DNA of 64,000 nucleotides from Thermodesulfobacteriota bacterium (GCA_963675595.2 CAXXLZ010000002.1:512001-576000); one strand, 5' to 3'. Shown: positions 42,676-53,042, counted from the first letter of the stretch. Translations and numbers: made by a program. Notes: generated by a model not told the origin, from the sequence alone.

Positions 42676-44225
42676 CTAGAGTTTAGAGCCATGCGGGGCA
42701 GCCAAGTTTGTATAGAAGAGCATAGTTCTCCAAGACGGGTTGAATACCGTTGACGTAAGGCTTTGAGATGATTGACTGAACACGGATATCAGGCAGCGCG
42801 CCCCAAGTCTTCCGGAGAATCGGTGAATTCCGGTTGGAATTTTTTGGATTTCCGGTTCCACATGGCTCGCACGTTTAAGTTGCCGAAAAGACGACCGATG
42901 GCTGCGGCCATCCAGCCGGCGGTGGCGGGCCTGTTCTTTCTCCAAGGGATTGGAAACATCGTATAGGCCGCGTTGGGACCCAGGCAGAGCGCCAAGAGCC
43001 GTGGCAAGCCGTAGGCCAGGCACAAGATCATGCTCCATCGAGCCAATGTCTGCCGTGTCTGCTGCCAAGCATTTTTCAGTCCGAACAGGTGCTTGATCTC
43101 GTTGAACATGGGCTCGGTCCACCATCGTCGTGCATAGCGTGTAATCACTTCCGCGCCGTCCATGTCGGGATCGGTACTGATCAGAAGATGCCAATCGGAC
43201 CAAGAGGGGTTGTCGGACATAAACCGGCACCACACGATCTTGCACAACCGGCCGTCCAGGAAGCGGACTTTGGCTTTGGTTTGGTAGAACTGGAAAACTC
43301 GTTCCGAGCCGTAGGCAAAGAGGGTTTTCTCCACCGGACGACAGAATCGTCCGATGTTTTCCAACGTGAGTTTTTCCCCATACTTTCTGGGTCTGCCCCG
43401 TTTCTTCCGAGGCGGATTGTCCGGAGGCAAAAACAGGGCGGTATCTTTGCGGACTTGGCCGATGACCGTCACACCATCGCGAATCAGGGGAACCACCAGG
43501 GAGCTTTTCATATACCAGGCATCGAGCAGCAGAATAATGAGAAAGCGATCCGGCAGCCAAGTCATGAGAACGGACATCAAGAGCCGCGCCGCGTCCAGTT
43601 TGGTGGTGTTCCCTTTTTTGCGGATGAGCCGAAACAAGAGGGGAAACGCGGCTACCCGGCCCTTGTGGCGGCAGATGACAGCCAGAGAAACCCGAAGCTG
43701 TCCCCACAGGAATTTGGGGCGGTTGGGCCGGTGCGCGTGATCGTAATGCCAACCGGCGCAGGGAGCTTTCTTGGACGATCTGGGCAAAGGGAAGTCGTCT
43801 ATGGCGAACTCGATGGATCGGTTTGGAATCCGTTTCAGGATCAGGCGCATCCATTGCCGGGCTAGCGCAAGCCATTGGAATCGGCCCTTTTCGATGGCCT
43901 TGTAATAGGCGGTCCAGGACAACTGGGGCCGAACGGCCAGAAGCGCGGAAGAAATATGGCCGCCGCGGCAGACCATACATCCCATCAGGAGTTCCAGAAG
44001 AGTCGGAGCTATTCTGCACGGAACGGCCTGAAATAGAAAGGAAATCCACTGCGATAGGAGCATAAGTGCTTGAGCCGTCGAATCCATTGGTTGACCCCCA
44101 AGGAAAGGTTTCTTTCCTTAAAGGGCCGCCAAAGGCGGCCGCGCATCCGCGCGGCAATGTCAAGTACTTTGTTGTCTTTATTCGCATTTTTCCTATACCA
44201 AGGGTCGCCAGACTCTAAACTCTAG
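42676..44225 (-). mobile_element. IS701-family insertion sequence (1550 bp)
   Basis: 13-bp perfect TIR CTAGAGTTTAGAG; 7-bp TSD TTGGACT at 42669-42675 and 44226-44232. Confidence 0.9.
42789..44087 (-). CDS. IS701-family DDE transposase
   Basis: AIDD, LLDAWY, YARRWWTEPMFNEIKH motifs. Confidence 0.88.
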   Translation of the reverse strand: MDSTAQALMLLSQWISFLFQAVPCRIAPTLLELLMGCMVCRGGHISSALLAVRPQLSWTAYYKAIEKGRFQWLALARQWMRLILKRIPNRSIEFAIDDFPLPRSSKKAPCAGWHYDHAHRPNRPKFLWGQLRVSLAVICRHKGRVAAFPLLFRLIRKKGNTTKLDAARLLMSVLMTWLPDRFLIILLLDAWYMKSSLVVPLIRDGVTVIGQVRKDTALFLPPDNPPRKKRGRPRKYGEKLTLENIGRFCRPVEKTLFAYGSERVFQFYQTKAKVRFLDGRLCKIVWCRFMSDNPSWSDWHLLISTDPDMDGAEVITRYARRWWTEPMFNEIKHLFGLKNAWQQTRQTLARWSMILCLAYGLPRLLALCLGPNAAYTMFPIPWRKNRPATAGWMAAAIGRLFGNLNVRAMWNRKSKKFQPEFTDSPEDLGRAA

Positions 44226-44695
<470 letters not shown>

Positions 44696-45276
44696 TAAAT
44701 TTCGCAAATACGCTATAAACAACGACAGACCAAGGCATTCTTCTATTCATCAACATACGATTGATTTATTGACGTGCCCCTGGCATCTACAAGGATAGCA
44801 CCTGCGTGTCTTCCGATTCACCTTACTGCTTCGCCATTGCTCCGGTGTCGATGACCCGCGGTACAGGGTCGTCGACGCCTTCCTCCCTCCCTCACTTATG
44901 TTTCACCCGCCTCTCCCACGGCTTCTTTTCCTTCTTGAGCTTCAACTTCTCGTCTAGCAGGGGACCCACGATCAGGGGTTTGGCGACGTATTGAATCAGC
45001 ATGCGGAACCACCATGATTTCACCTGGTCGTTCACGGCCCGGCTCAGGGAGGCCAGGGCTTTGTTCTTGAGGCGTCTGCGTTTGTCCTCGCTGAGCTGTT
45101 CGATATCGATCTTGGCCAAGGATTCATCTCGGTTCGGCACGTCCTCGTTGTATTCAAACTCATCTTTGACAGTTGGAGGGTGAAAAAGTGGGCCTCTCCC
45201 GCCTAACTTACCGAAATGATTAGGCTGGCCTTTTTCCGAGGCTCCAAACGTAGTGCCAATATGTCCGATTTTTTCC

Positions 45277-45306
45277 TTGACTCCGCCGACCTGTATTCCG
45301 TACAAT
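45277..45306 (+). promoter_or_regulatory. sigma70 promoter, probably leaderless transposase transcript
   Basis: TTGACT-N18-TACAAT, 7 nt before ATG 45314, no RBS. Confidence 0.65.
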
Positions 45307-45313
45307 TTGTTTC

Positions 45314-46924
45314 ATGTTTGCACGCGTCAAAAAGGTCAAAAGCGGCGGATCCGAGCATGAATATCTTCAGATCGTGGAGAACTATCGCCAGGATAAGAAG
45401 GTAAAACAGAAAGTTATATGTACACTGGGTCGTCTCGACAAGCTCCGTGAATCGGGTGCCTTGGACGGGGTTCTTACCAGTCTCGCCAAGTTCTCCACCC
45501 GGAATCAAGTCATCAATCTTTATAAGGAAGGTAGTGTCAAGGCAGACTGGGCCAAGTCCTGGGGAACCGTTCTGGTGATCGAGAAACTCTGGAAGACCTT
45601 GGGGCTCGATGTGGTACTCCGATCTCTCGCTTCTCGCTCCGATTATCGCTTCGATCTAGAGCGCGCGGTCTTTGCCTGCGTCTGCCAACGCTTGGTCCGT
45701 CCGGGATCCGATCTCGCCGCGAGCCGTTGGATTCAGAACGTCCACGGTGAAGGCTTCGACGACCTGGAGCTTCAGCACCTTTATCGATCCATGGACTTCC
45801 TGGCCGAGTATCAGCCCGAAATCGAAAAGGAACTTTTCCGTCGGGGCCGCGACCTCTTCGATTACGGGGTGGATCTCGTTTTCTTCGACACCACCTCGGT
45901 CTACTTCGAGGGCCGGGGGCCGGCCGAGTTGGCTCGATACGGGTTCTCCAAGGACCATCGTCCCGATCGGAAACAGGTGTTGGTGGGCGTCGTCATGTCC
46001 CGAAAGGGATATCCCCTTTCCTGTCAATTTTGGGAGGGCAACACGGCGGACGTTACCACCATCAAGCGCATCATCGCCCTGGTCAAGCGTCGGTTCTCCC
46101 TGAACAACGTGGTCCTGGTCTCCGACCGCGGTATGGTCGGCGTCGACAATCTGGTGGAACTGGAGCGTGCCGGTATCGACTACATCGTGGGCATCCCCAT
46201 GCGCCGTTACCAGGATGTCCGAGGCCAAGTGGTGGACACTCCGGGCTACTACCAAGCGCTCACTCCCACCTTGTGGTTCAAGGAGATTCATGTGAACGGA
46301 TGCCGTTACGTCCTCTGCTACAACCAAGACCAAGCAGCCAAAGACGAGGCCACCCGATCGGCCCTTGTGGAAAAGTTGAAAACCACCCTGAAAAAACAGG
46401 GGCCCCAGTCTCTGGTGGGAAACAAGGGCTTCAGGAAATTCATCAAACTCGACCGGGAAACCGTGCGCATCGATCCCGCCAAGGTCAAGGACGACGCCCG
46501 CTTCGACGGCAAGTATGTTCTCCTCACCAGTACCGACATTCCCGCCGATGAAGTGGCCGTTACCTACAAACGCTTGTGGCAGGTGGAAAGAGCCTTCCGG
46601 GACCTCAAATCGGCCCTGGAAGTCAGGCCCGTGTTCCACCAACGGTGTCAACGCGTTCAAGGTCACATCTTCTGCAATTTCCTGGCCCTATACCTGAAGA
46701 TCGCGCTGCAGAAACAGCTCAAAACCAAGGAAATCGACATCCCCTGGGACCAAGTTCTCCTGGACCTCGAAGCCTTCAAAGCCATCCATCTACAGGTCAC
46801 GGAGAAGTCCTACCTCCTCAGAACGGAATTCCAGGGCCGCGCCTACCACATCTTCCAAGCCGTCGGCCTCAAACCGCCGCCCACTTTGCAGACTCTCCAG
46901 GAGCACCAAAACGTAGTGCCATAA
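45314..46924 (+). CDS. IS1634-family transposase A
   Basis: MFARVKK...YLQIVENYR, FFDTTSVYFEG, GFSKDHRPD, VSDRGM, YKRLWQVERAFRDLK, PVFH. Confidence 0.92.
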   Translation: MFARVKKVKSGGSEHEYLQIVENYRQDKKVKQKVICTLGRLDKLRESGALDGVLTSLAKFSTRNQVINLYKEGSVKADWAKSWGTVLVIEKLWKTLGLDVVLRSLASRSDYRFDLERAVFACVCQRLVRPGSDLAASRWIQNVHGEGFDDLELQHLYRSMDFLAEYQPEIEKELFRRGRDLFDYGVDLVFFDTTSVYFEGRGPAELARYGFSKDHRPDRKQVLVGVVMSRKGYPLSCQFWEGNTADVTTIKRIIALVKRRFSLNNVVLVSDRGMVGVDNLVELERAGIDYIVGIPMRRYQDVRGQVVDTPGYYQALTPTLWFKEIHVNGCRYVLCYNQDQAAKDEATRSALVEKLKTTLKKQGPQSLVGNKGFRKFIKLDRETVRIDPAKVKDDARFDGKYVLLTSTDIPADEVAVTYKRLWQVERAFRDLKSALEVRPVFHQRCQRVQGHIFCNFLALYLKIALQKQLKTKEIDIPWDQVLLDLEAFKAIHLQVTEKSYLLRTEFQGRAYHIFQAVGLKPPPTLQTLQEHQNVVP

Positions 46925-47128
46925 ACCTTTCTTTTTCGTATAAGCAGCTGAAATTACTGCATTAGTTTTTTTGAACTGTCAAACAGGAGTTTCAGAGATA
47001 ATGTTTTGCAACGACAAATTCAATAATAGTTTCGGGTAGTTACCTCTCGATGATACGTAGAACCTACCTTCCCGCCCCTAATATCCAGACCTAAGCCCCT
47101 TATTTTTCAACGACAATCGATTTTCTTC

Positions 47129-47156
47129 TTGACATGTAGAACCTATTAGGCATAAT
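47129..47156 (+). promoter_or_regulatory. sigma70 promoter, probably leaderless transposase transcript
   Basis: TTGACA-N16-CATAAT, 6 nt before ATG 47163, no RBS. Confidence 0.65.
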
Positions 47157-47162
47157 TCGATT

Positions 47163-48881
47163 ATGCCCCATTTGTACAAAAAGACCTTCAAGGGTAGAAC
47201 CTACTGGTATCTTCGTGAGGTCCACCGCGTCGGCGGAAAGGTCCAACTGAAGTGGCAGAAGTACCTCGGAACCCCGGAAACCATCCTCGCCAAACTCCAA
47301 GAAGCCGAGACTTCGGGCAAGCCGTCCAGACTTAAAACAGAGTCCTTTGGGGCCCTCTTCGTGGCTCATGCCCTGGAACAAGAACTGGATACGATCGGCA
47401 TCATCGACAGTGTTGTCCCAAGAGGGCGTAACGAAACCGGCCCCACGGTGGGCGAGTATTTCTACTACGCCTGGGCCAACCGGATGATCGCTCCCAAGAG
47501 CAAGCGCTCCCTTGAGGAATGGTACCGAAAGACCGCCATCCAACAGATTCGTCCAGTGGATTTGACTCAACTGACCTCCGAGCGCTACTGGGAGAAGTGG
47601 GATCGCGTTTCCAGGGAACAGGTTGAGAAGGCCGGTCGGCTTTTCCTCCAAAGGCTCTGGACGGGTCGCCGGCAGAACCCCGACACCGTGCTGTTCGACA
47701 CCACCAACTATTTCACCTACATGGCCACCAAGACCGGTTCCGATTTGGCGGCAAGGGGTTACAACAAGAGCGGAAAACACCACCTGCGGCAAGTCGGCCT
47801 CGGATTATTGACGGATCGCACTACCTCATTGCCGATCCATTACAAGGTCTATCCCGGCAACCTCCATGATTCCAAGCTGTTCGAGCGGATTCTCGACGAG
47901 CTGTTCGGCGTGATCCTCGGCTTTGCGGACGGAAACAAAACCCTTACCGTCGTCTTTGACAAGGGCATGAATTCAAAAGAAAACATGGCCCGCATCGATG
48001 CCCAAAGCCGAATCTATTTCATTACGACCTATTCCACCTATTTCGCCGACCATCTGGCCGCCCTGAATCCCGAGCACTTCCTGGTTCTCGATATCCCCAA
48101 AAACCATCGGCTCGAAGCCGAAGAACGCCCCGAGGACAGACTCACCGCCTACCGGACCAAGCTGACCCTATGGGGTCGGGAGCGCACCGTGGTGGTCACC
48201 TTCAACCCGGTTACCAAACGCAAAAAACTTCACGATATGAGCCGGAAACTGGATCAACTGAAAACGGAACTCGTCCAATTCCGGCAAAAGTTCCGCGACC
48301 GGGAACCTCAATGGCGAAACCCTAAAGCCATCACCACCCGTTATCACAAGGTCTGTGAACAGCTTCATATCAGTCACAAATTCTATCGCTTGGCTTTCAC
48401 GGAAGAGATCATGAGCTTCCGAAGGGACTATGCGGAGATCGAGGCGGCGAAGGCCGTCGTGGGGAAGAATCTCATCGTCACCGACCATCATGATTGGGAT
48501 ACCGAGGCCATCGTCCAGGCTTCCCTTGACAGATACCGCATCGAGCAGCAGTTTCGGGTGAGCAAGGCTCCATGCCACGTCAGGATCAACCCGATGTTTC
48601 ACTGGACCGACAGCAAAATCCGCTGTCATCTTTTGACGTGTATCATCGCCCTCTCATGTCTGAGACTCCTCGAACTCAAGGTCGGTGGGTCCGAAACCGC
48701 AAAAACGCTCATCGAAGAAATGGCAAGCCTCAACTCCATCTTGAGCTGGCAGAAGGGCGCCACACAACCGTCCGTCCAAATCGAGGAGCCCAACGACATC
48801 CAAACCAAGGTGCTGAACGCCCTTGGATACACAATAAACGACGGTTCGGTTCTACAACTTCAAAGCTCATTTATGTCTTGA
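47163..48881 (+). CDS. IS1634-family transposase B
   Basis: KGRTYWYLRE...QKYLG, LFDTTNYFTY, YPGNLHD, VFDKGMNS, IEQQFRVSK, PMFHWTDSKIRCH. Confidence 0.92.
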   Translation: MPHLYKKTFKGRTYWYLREVHRVGGKVQLKWQKYLGTPETILAKLQEAETSGKPSRLKTESFGALFVAHALEQELDTIGIIDSVVPRGRNETGPTVGEYFYYAWANRMIAPKSKRSLEEWYRKTAIQQIRPVDLTQLTSERYWEKWDRVSREQVEKAGRLFLQRLWTGRRQNPDTVLFDTTNYFTYMATKTGSDLAARGYNKSGKHHLRQVGLGLLTDRTTSLPIHYKVYPGNLHDSKLFERILDELFGVILGFADGNKTLTVVFDKGMNSKENMARIDAQSRIYFITTYSTYFADHLAALNPEHFLVLDIPKNHRLEAEERPEDRLTAYRTKLTLWGRERTVVVTFNPVTKRKKLHDMSRKLDQLKTELVQFRQKFRDREPQWRNPKAITTRYHKVCEQLHISHKFYRLAFTEEIMSFRRDYAEIEAAKAVVGKNLIVTDHHDWDTEAIVQASLDRYRIEQQFRVSKAPCHVRINPMFHWTDSKIRCHLLTCIIALSCLRLLELKVGGSETAKTLIEEMASLNSILSWQKGATQPSVQIEEPNDIQTKVLNALGYTINDGSVLQLQSSFMS

Positions 48882-49532
48882 TTTCAGCTAATTGAGTACT
48901 GTCTTCTTCGACAACTCTGAAACTCCTGTCAAAGATCAGTCAAAGCGGTTCAGGGGCAGGTGGTCGGGTCCCAAACCGCCCTTTTTGAGCACGTCGAGAA
49001 ATTCTTTCCGAGCCTTTTCCCGGCCCACGATGTAGTCGAAACGGCGGTATCGCCTCTTGTATGGTTGGTTTCCGTTCCACGAAGATTTACCGGTTCGTAT
49101 GGCAGTTTTTGGCCCAGGATCGCGACGGTCATGCCTCCCGCCGAAGCACCGCTGATCACGTCGATTTCGATGCGATGGTCGGAATCCGACGGCAGGCTGA
49201 GATTGTGCTGCCCCAAGGCCTGGACCACCACGGCCGGCTGGTGCCGGCCCATGACGGATACCTCCTGCGACGGTTGGGTTGGGTTTCGGGTTTGGAAAAA
49301 GATTGTCGGGGATAGGTCTTCGTGTCCGTTTGTTTCAGGGCGGCCACTAGGGGTAGGCCATAGTGCCTACTCGAAACTACGGCCGCAGGCCGACTTTTCG
49401 TGCTTCGGTCCGGGGCAGGAGGATTGGCGAGGCCGCTCCGGAGGTGCGGCCATGCTTGGAAGTTTTGCGGGGGGTCCGGGAGGTGCTTTTCCAAAAGCAT
49501 CCCCCGGTAGGGCGGATCGATGCCTTCGACCG

Positions 49533-50039
49533 CTAATACACCGGCACCAGGGCATAGCCGTTGGTTTCATACCCGATGAGGGAAATCCAGCCGTTGTCCA
49601 CTTTTGTGAGTTCCGGCATGATGGACGCCGGATCCAGGTTCATGACCTGCACCGCCACCAGGCACACTTCCAGTTTGATTCCGTCCTTGCCCATTTGGGT
49701 GATGATGGTGGAGATACCGTCCAGCAGGGCCCGGTCGTCCACCGAAAGCCCGTCCCGGTTGGTGTTGAGCAGATTCACCGACGCGCCCATGAAAATCACC
49801 ACGAAATCCGGCTGGTCCGAGATTTTGCGGATGGCGGCGTCGTGAAAGGTATCCAGAATCAGTTTAAGATGAATCGCCGCGGTTTTCAGGTTCGCATCGC
49901 GCATGTCGAAAACCACCTTCATGGTGTCCACGCCCTTGAGGCTCTCGTAATCACCGGCGGACGCGGTAGGAATCCCCGCAAACGCCGCACACAAGGCAAA
50001 CACCAAACCCAGGGCCAATACCTTCCCTCTTTTGTTCAT
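49533..50039 (-). CDS. Exported DsrE-like protein
   Basis: Signal peptide, KVVFD, VVIFMGASV, KLEVC, VDNGWISLIGYETNGYALVP. Confidence 0.8.
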   Translation of the reverse strand: MNKRGKVLALGLVFALCAAFAGIPTASAGDYESLKGVDTMKVVFDMRDANLKTAAIHLKLILDTFHDAAIRKISDQPDFVVIFMGASVNLLNTNRDGLSVDDRALLDGISTIITQMGKDGIKLEVCLVAVQVMNLDPASIMPELTKVDNGWISLIGYETNGYALVPVY

Positions 50040-50175
50040 GATGATTCTCCTTTGCTTTACAGCCGTTTTGGGGAAAACCCCGTGCACGTCTTCACAGGAT
50101 CGCCGGGGGACCCATGTTCCCTCGGCCCCCTTATCCGCCGGTTTGTGGGATCGGAGCACTTAAGCCGCGACGCCC

Positions 50176-51108
50176 TCAAATCAAGCGTCCCAAAGCCCCG
50201 CTCAGCCGTTCCAGTTGCCGGTCCGTCACCAGACTGCGCAGAAGGGACTGAAAACGAGGATGCTCCACGCCGGAAAAGATGTATTGCCTTCGATAAGCCT
50301 GCAAGAAAACGGTTTCCGCCCGCTGTGCCTCATCCTCGGTGAAAGGTCGCCCGCAGGACTTGATCAGGTATTCGGCGTCGGACTTGCTCTGCGCCTGCAA
50401 AATACCGTCCACCGCTCCCACCAGCTCGATGGTTTCGTCCACGGCCAGGTCCCGTTCCACGGGCGACAGCCTTTTGTCCTCCCGAGGCCATTCCAGGGCG
50501 TCCAGGTAGGCGTGATGGGCCTCCTCCTTCCAATGATACAGGAACACGTCCTTGTAGAGTTCGGACAGGTTTTCGTCCGGTTCGATGCTTTGCTTGTAGT
50601 GTTCCTGGGTGAACAGCTCGATCGCGTACATGAGGGCCAACACCGCCCAGGTGGACTTCTCGAGAACCGCGCCGGCAACCACGTTGGGGTTCCAATGGAA
50701 CGTGTAGCCCGGGGGCATGCCTTCGGCCATTATGAGTTCGATCCTGCGGAACAGCTCCTGGTGCTTCAGTTCCTCGTCGCAGAACCGAATGAGCGCTTCC
50801 AGGGCCGTCTGGTCCCCCAGTCGATGGTCGCGGGCCAGGTCCAGGACTTTGCCCACAATGAAGCGTTCCACGAACCCGAACATATTGGCGTAGGTCCTGC
50901 CCTGGATTTGGGCGGCCGTCGTCTTTTCGGAATCGGTGAGAAAGTCCAGCATGGGAACTTTGGAAAGACCGTCGGGCAGGAACTTTTTCGAGAAATCGAA
51001 GGAGCGCCCCCGAAGGACATCACGGTCGATGTCCCATCGAATGCGCTTGGACCCTTCCACGGCCCGGGCATAGAGTTCCGTATCCACGGAATCAACGTAG
51101 GTTTCCAT
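50176..51108 (-). CDS. Ferritin-like diiron protein (AurF-like)
   Basis: FVERF, DEELKH, AIELF, KEEAHH: two E...ExxH sets. Confidence 0.7.
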   Translation of the reverse strand: METYVDSVDTELYARAVEGSKRIRWDIDRDVLRGRSFDFSKKFLPDGLSKVPMLDFLTDSEKTTAAQIQGRTYANMFGFVERFIVGKVLDLARDHRLGDQTALEALIRFCDEELKHQELFRRIELIMAEGMPPGYTFHWNPNVVAGAVLEKSTWAVLALMYAIELFTQEHYKQSIEPDENLSELYKDVFLYHWKEEAHHAYLDALEWPREDKRLSPVERDLAVDETIELVGAVDGILQAQSKSDAEYLIKSCGRPFTEDEAQRAETVFLQAYRRQYIFSGVEHPRFQSLLRSLVTDRQLERLSGALGRLI

Positions 51109-51346
51109 GTCCGCCTCGGCTCCTCTTCGGTAAGGGGAAGGTTCCGGAGGGTGTCCCGCAATCCGGGTCGGTAGGATTCGGGTTTATACTAAATATATGC
51201 CGGCCGCGAAGAGGGGTATATTGGGGATTCGCTGTATTTGGATTTCGGTTTCAGGGTATTCGGGAGGAGCTTTTCAGGATATGGGAAGGTTGCCGTGAGC
51301 GGCCGCCCTTGCCGGCCCCTGCGGAAGCCCGGTTGTCGCGGGCCGG

Positions 51347-51721
51347 TTACGCCTCTTCGTCCACCATGAGGCCTTCCCCCGCTTCGAGGCGGGCCACCCA
51401 CGTGTAGAATCGGTCCGGATCCATCTTCTGCTTCAGGTTCTGTTTGACGCGCCCGGCCGCATCCAGGACCACCAGGTCGATGAACACGTCCCCGCCTTCG
51501 CGGTAGACACAGAAACGATAGGGAGAACCCGACTTTTCCAGGATTTGGTGGGAACGCTCGGCCGCTTCGAGGAGTTCTTCGAACGACCCCGGCGTCTCGC
51601 GGCGCTCCTCTTCCTTGTGCCGTCCTCGCCTTCGGTCGGGCAATTCGGAATGGGTTCGAGGATGCACGGGATCGGATTCCATCACCCGATCCACGGGCGG
51701 AGTGAGTTCGTCGTCCATCAT
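51347..51721 (-). CDS. Hypothetical protein, weakly FlaG-like
   Basis: GGAGG RBS; helix, then YRFCVY..VFIDLVVLD, ending GLMVDEEA. Confidence 0.55.
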   Translation of the reverse strand: MMDDELTPPVDRVMESDPVHPRTHSELPDRRRGRHKEEERRETPGSFEELLEAAERSHQILEKSGSPYRFCVYREGGDVFIDLVVLDAAGRVKQNLKQKMDPDRFYTWVARLEAGEGLMVDEEA

Positions 51722-51764
51722 GAAATTTCCTCCGGTGTGGGCCGCCGGCGATTTTAGGTAATCC

Positions 51765-51870
51765 TTCACGGGGGACCTTTGTATTGAGTCACAACGTCTC
51801 CGGGGGAACACTGTTCCCCCGGCCCCCCTGACGCGGGCTCCGTCCCTGACGGGACGAAGCCGACCCGGGT
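51765..51870. repeat. Family A left-arm homolog without IS
   Basis: CCGGGGGAACACTGTTCCCCCGGCCCCCC...GCGGGCTCCGTCCC...GGGACGAAGCCGA matches the joined flanks of IS4 copy 1; a shorter homolog lies at ~50091-50135. Confidence 0.75.
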
Positions 51871-51974
51871 GTTCTTGAGGTGCAACGCTTTCGTCGAAAG
51901 ATCCCACGATTGCGGACCTGAAAAGTCGTGCGGAGAGAGCTCTTGAACCCGTAATCGCGTACGATGTCGGAATC

Positions 51975-53042
51975 CTAATCGCTCGTGGATCCTTCCAGAA
52001 GCATAGGAAGCACTCCCGACATTCCCTGGAAGTTCCCCGCCCCGGAACTCCGAACCTGGCCCGAATCGGCTTGCACCATGAGGGATGAGCAGTCCACGGC
52101 TTCGAAATTCGACCCCTCGACCTGCTTCAACTCCCGGAGCACGTCGTTGTCCCAGCGCTCGTCGGGAACCCCTGAAATGTACCATGAGGAGCCGTTGTCC
52201 GCCAGGATGATGCCGTATTGCTTGAAGGCCCGAAGAATGGTCTGCACGATGGGAGAAAAACCCGATTCGTCAAAACCCGATTTGAGGCGGAAGCGTTGGC
52301 CCATGGGAGGATAAGCGGGTCCCGTGAGGCCGGACGCGTCGTGACGGGCCGGCCAGACGTGGGCTTTTCGGGTTTGAGGAGCGGTGAACCGGACGGCATG
52401 CCGGATTTCGCCCGAGGCGGCTTCGTCGTAGCGCACCAAGCCGGGGAGAATGGGGAGGCCGGCGGCATCGGCCGACGTCCAGGTATCCGGGCGCAGGGCG
52501 TGGGATTTCAGATCGAACACGGCTCCCGAACCCGCGGTCCAGGAACCGTCGGGCTGGGGATAGGCGTAGTAGAGTTCATACAGCGCGCAGGCGTCCCGAT
52601 CCAGAATCAGCACGTGGCGGTCGCCGTCGCTGTCCGAACCTCCTTCGATGGGAGGATCGGGGGGGACGGGATAGGGTCCGGGATCGCTTTCGTCGGCGTA
52701 ATCGAAGGTCACGTCCACGCGGGTCTGGTCCCCGGGAACGCTCACATAAGGGATGCCGATGGGACCTCCGTCCCAGGTCCCGGAACCGAAATCCGGATGC
52801 AGGGTCGTGTCCGCGCCGATGGTCTGGATGTAGAGGTCCGAAGAAGCATCGAGGGGCAGGTTGTCCACCCGCGTGTTCCAGATGTTGTCGGAGGGAAAGA
52901 CCGCGCATCCTTCGATGTCCGGAGGGGAATCGGCGCAGGCCGTCATGGGGAAGATGAGCAGGGCAAGGAACAGCCCGATGAGACGGCCGAAACGGGACCG
53001 CCGGCATGGAAGCCGAGAAGAAGCATTGCTGATCCGATACAT
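51975..53042 (-). CDS. Hypothetical exported protein
   Basis: Signal-like N terminus; FPSDNIWNT, GIPY, IEGG..GDRH, WTSADAAGLPILPGL segments look like a conserved fold. Confidence 0.7.
   Translation of the reverse strand: MYRISNASSRLPCRRSRFGRLIGLFLALLIFPMTACADSPPDIEGCAVFPSDNIWNTRVDNLPLDASSDLYIQTIGADTTLHPDFGSGTWDGGPIGIPYVSVPGDQTRVDVTFDYADESDPGPYPVPPDPPIEGGSDSDGDRHVLILDRDACALYELYYAYPQPDGSWTAGSGAVFDLKSHALRPDTWTSADAAGLPILPGLVRYDEAASGEIRHAVRFTAPQTRKAHVWPARHDASGLTGPAYPPMGQRFRLKSGFDESGFSPIVQTILRAFKQYGIILADNGSSWYISGVPDERWDNDVLRELKQVEGSNFEAVDCSSLMVQADSGQVRSSGAGNFQGMSGVLPMLLEGSTSD

Larger units (their letters stand above)
46984..48928 (+). mobile_element. IS1634-family element B (1945 bp)
   Basis: Perfect 14-bp TIR CAGGAGTTTCAGAG; TCAAA TSD at 46979-46983 and 48929-48933. 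Confidence 0.92.
45159..48939 (+). mobile_element. IS1634-family element A (1831 bp when empty) carrying element B in its right TIR
   Basis: CTCATCTTTGACAG / CTGTCAAAGATCAG ends; TCAAA TSD at 45154-45158 and 48940-48944. Confidence 0.88.
44892..49252 (-). pseudogene. Patatin-like phospholipase remnant, internally deleted and split by nested IS1634 elements
   Basis: AGGAGGT RBS and ATG 49252; IDVISGASAGGM nucleophile motif; ...LPLNRF|EYNEDVPN... rejoins in frame across the TCAAA TSD. Confidence 0.75.

Noticed and set aside
42676-44225. CTAG as the IS701 target duplication
   Set aside because: Excision on that model leaves TTGGACT twice and breaks the host frame; the 7-bp TSD model restores it
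45244-45258. Outward sigma54 promoter (TGGCAC-N5-TTGG, minus strand)
   Set aside because: Conserved -12 GC is missing; better explained as an IS-internal repeat
48960-50342. 460-aa plus-strand ORF
   Set aside because: Antisense to the patatin remnant and DsrE gene and runs through repeats
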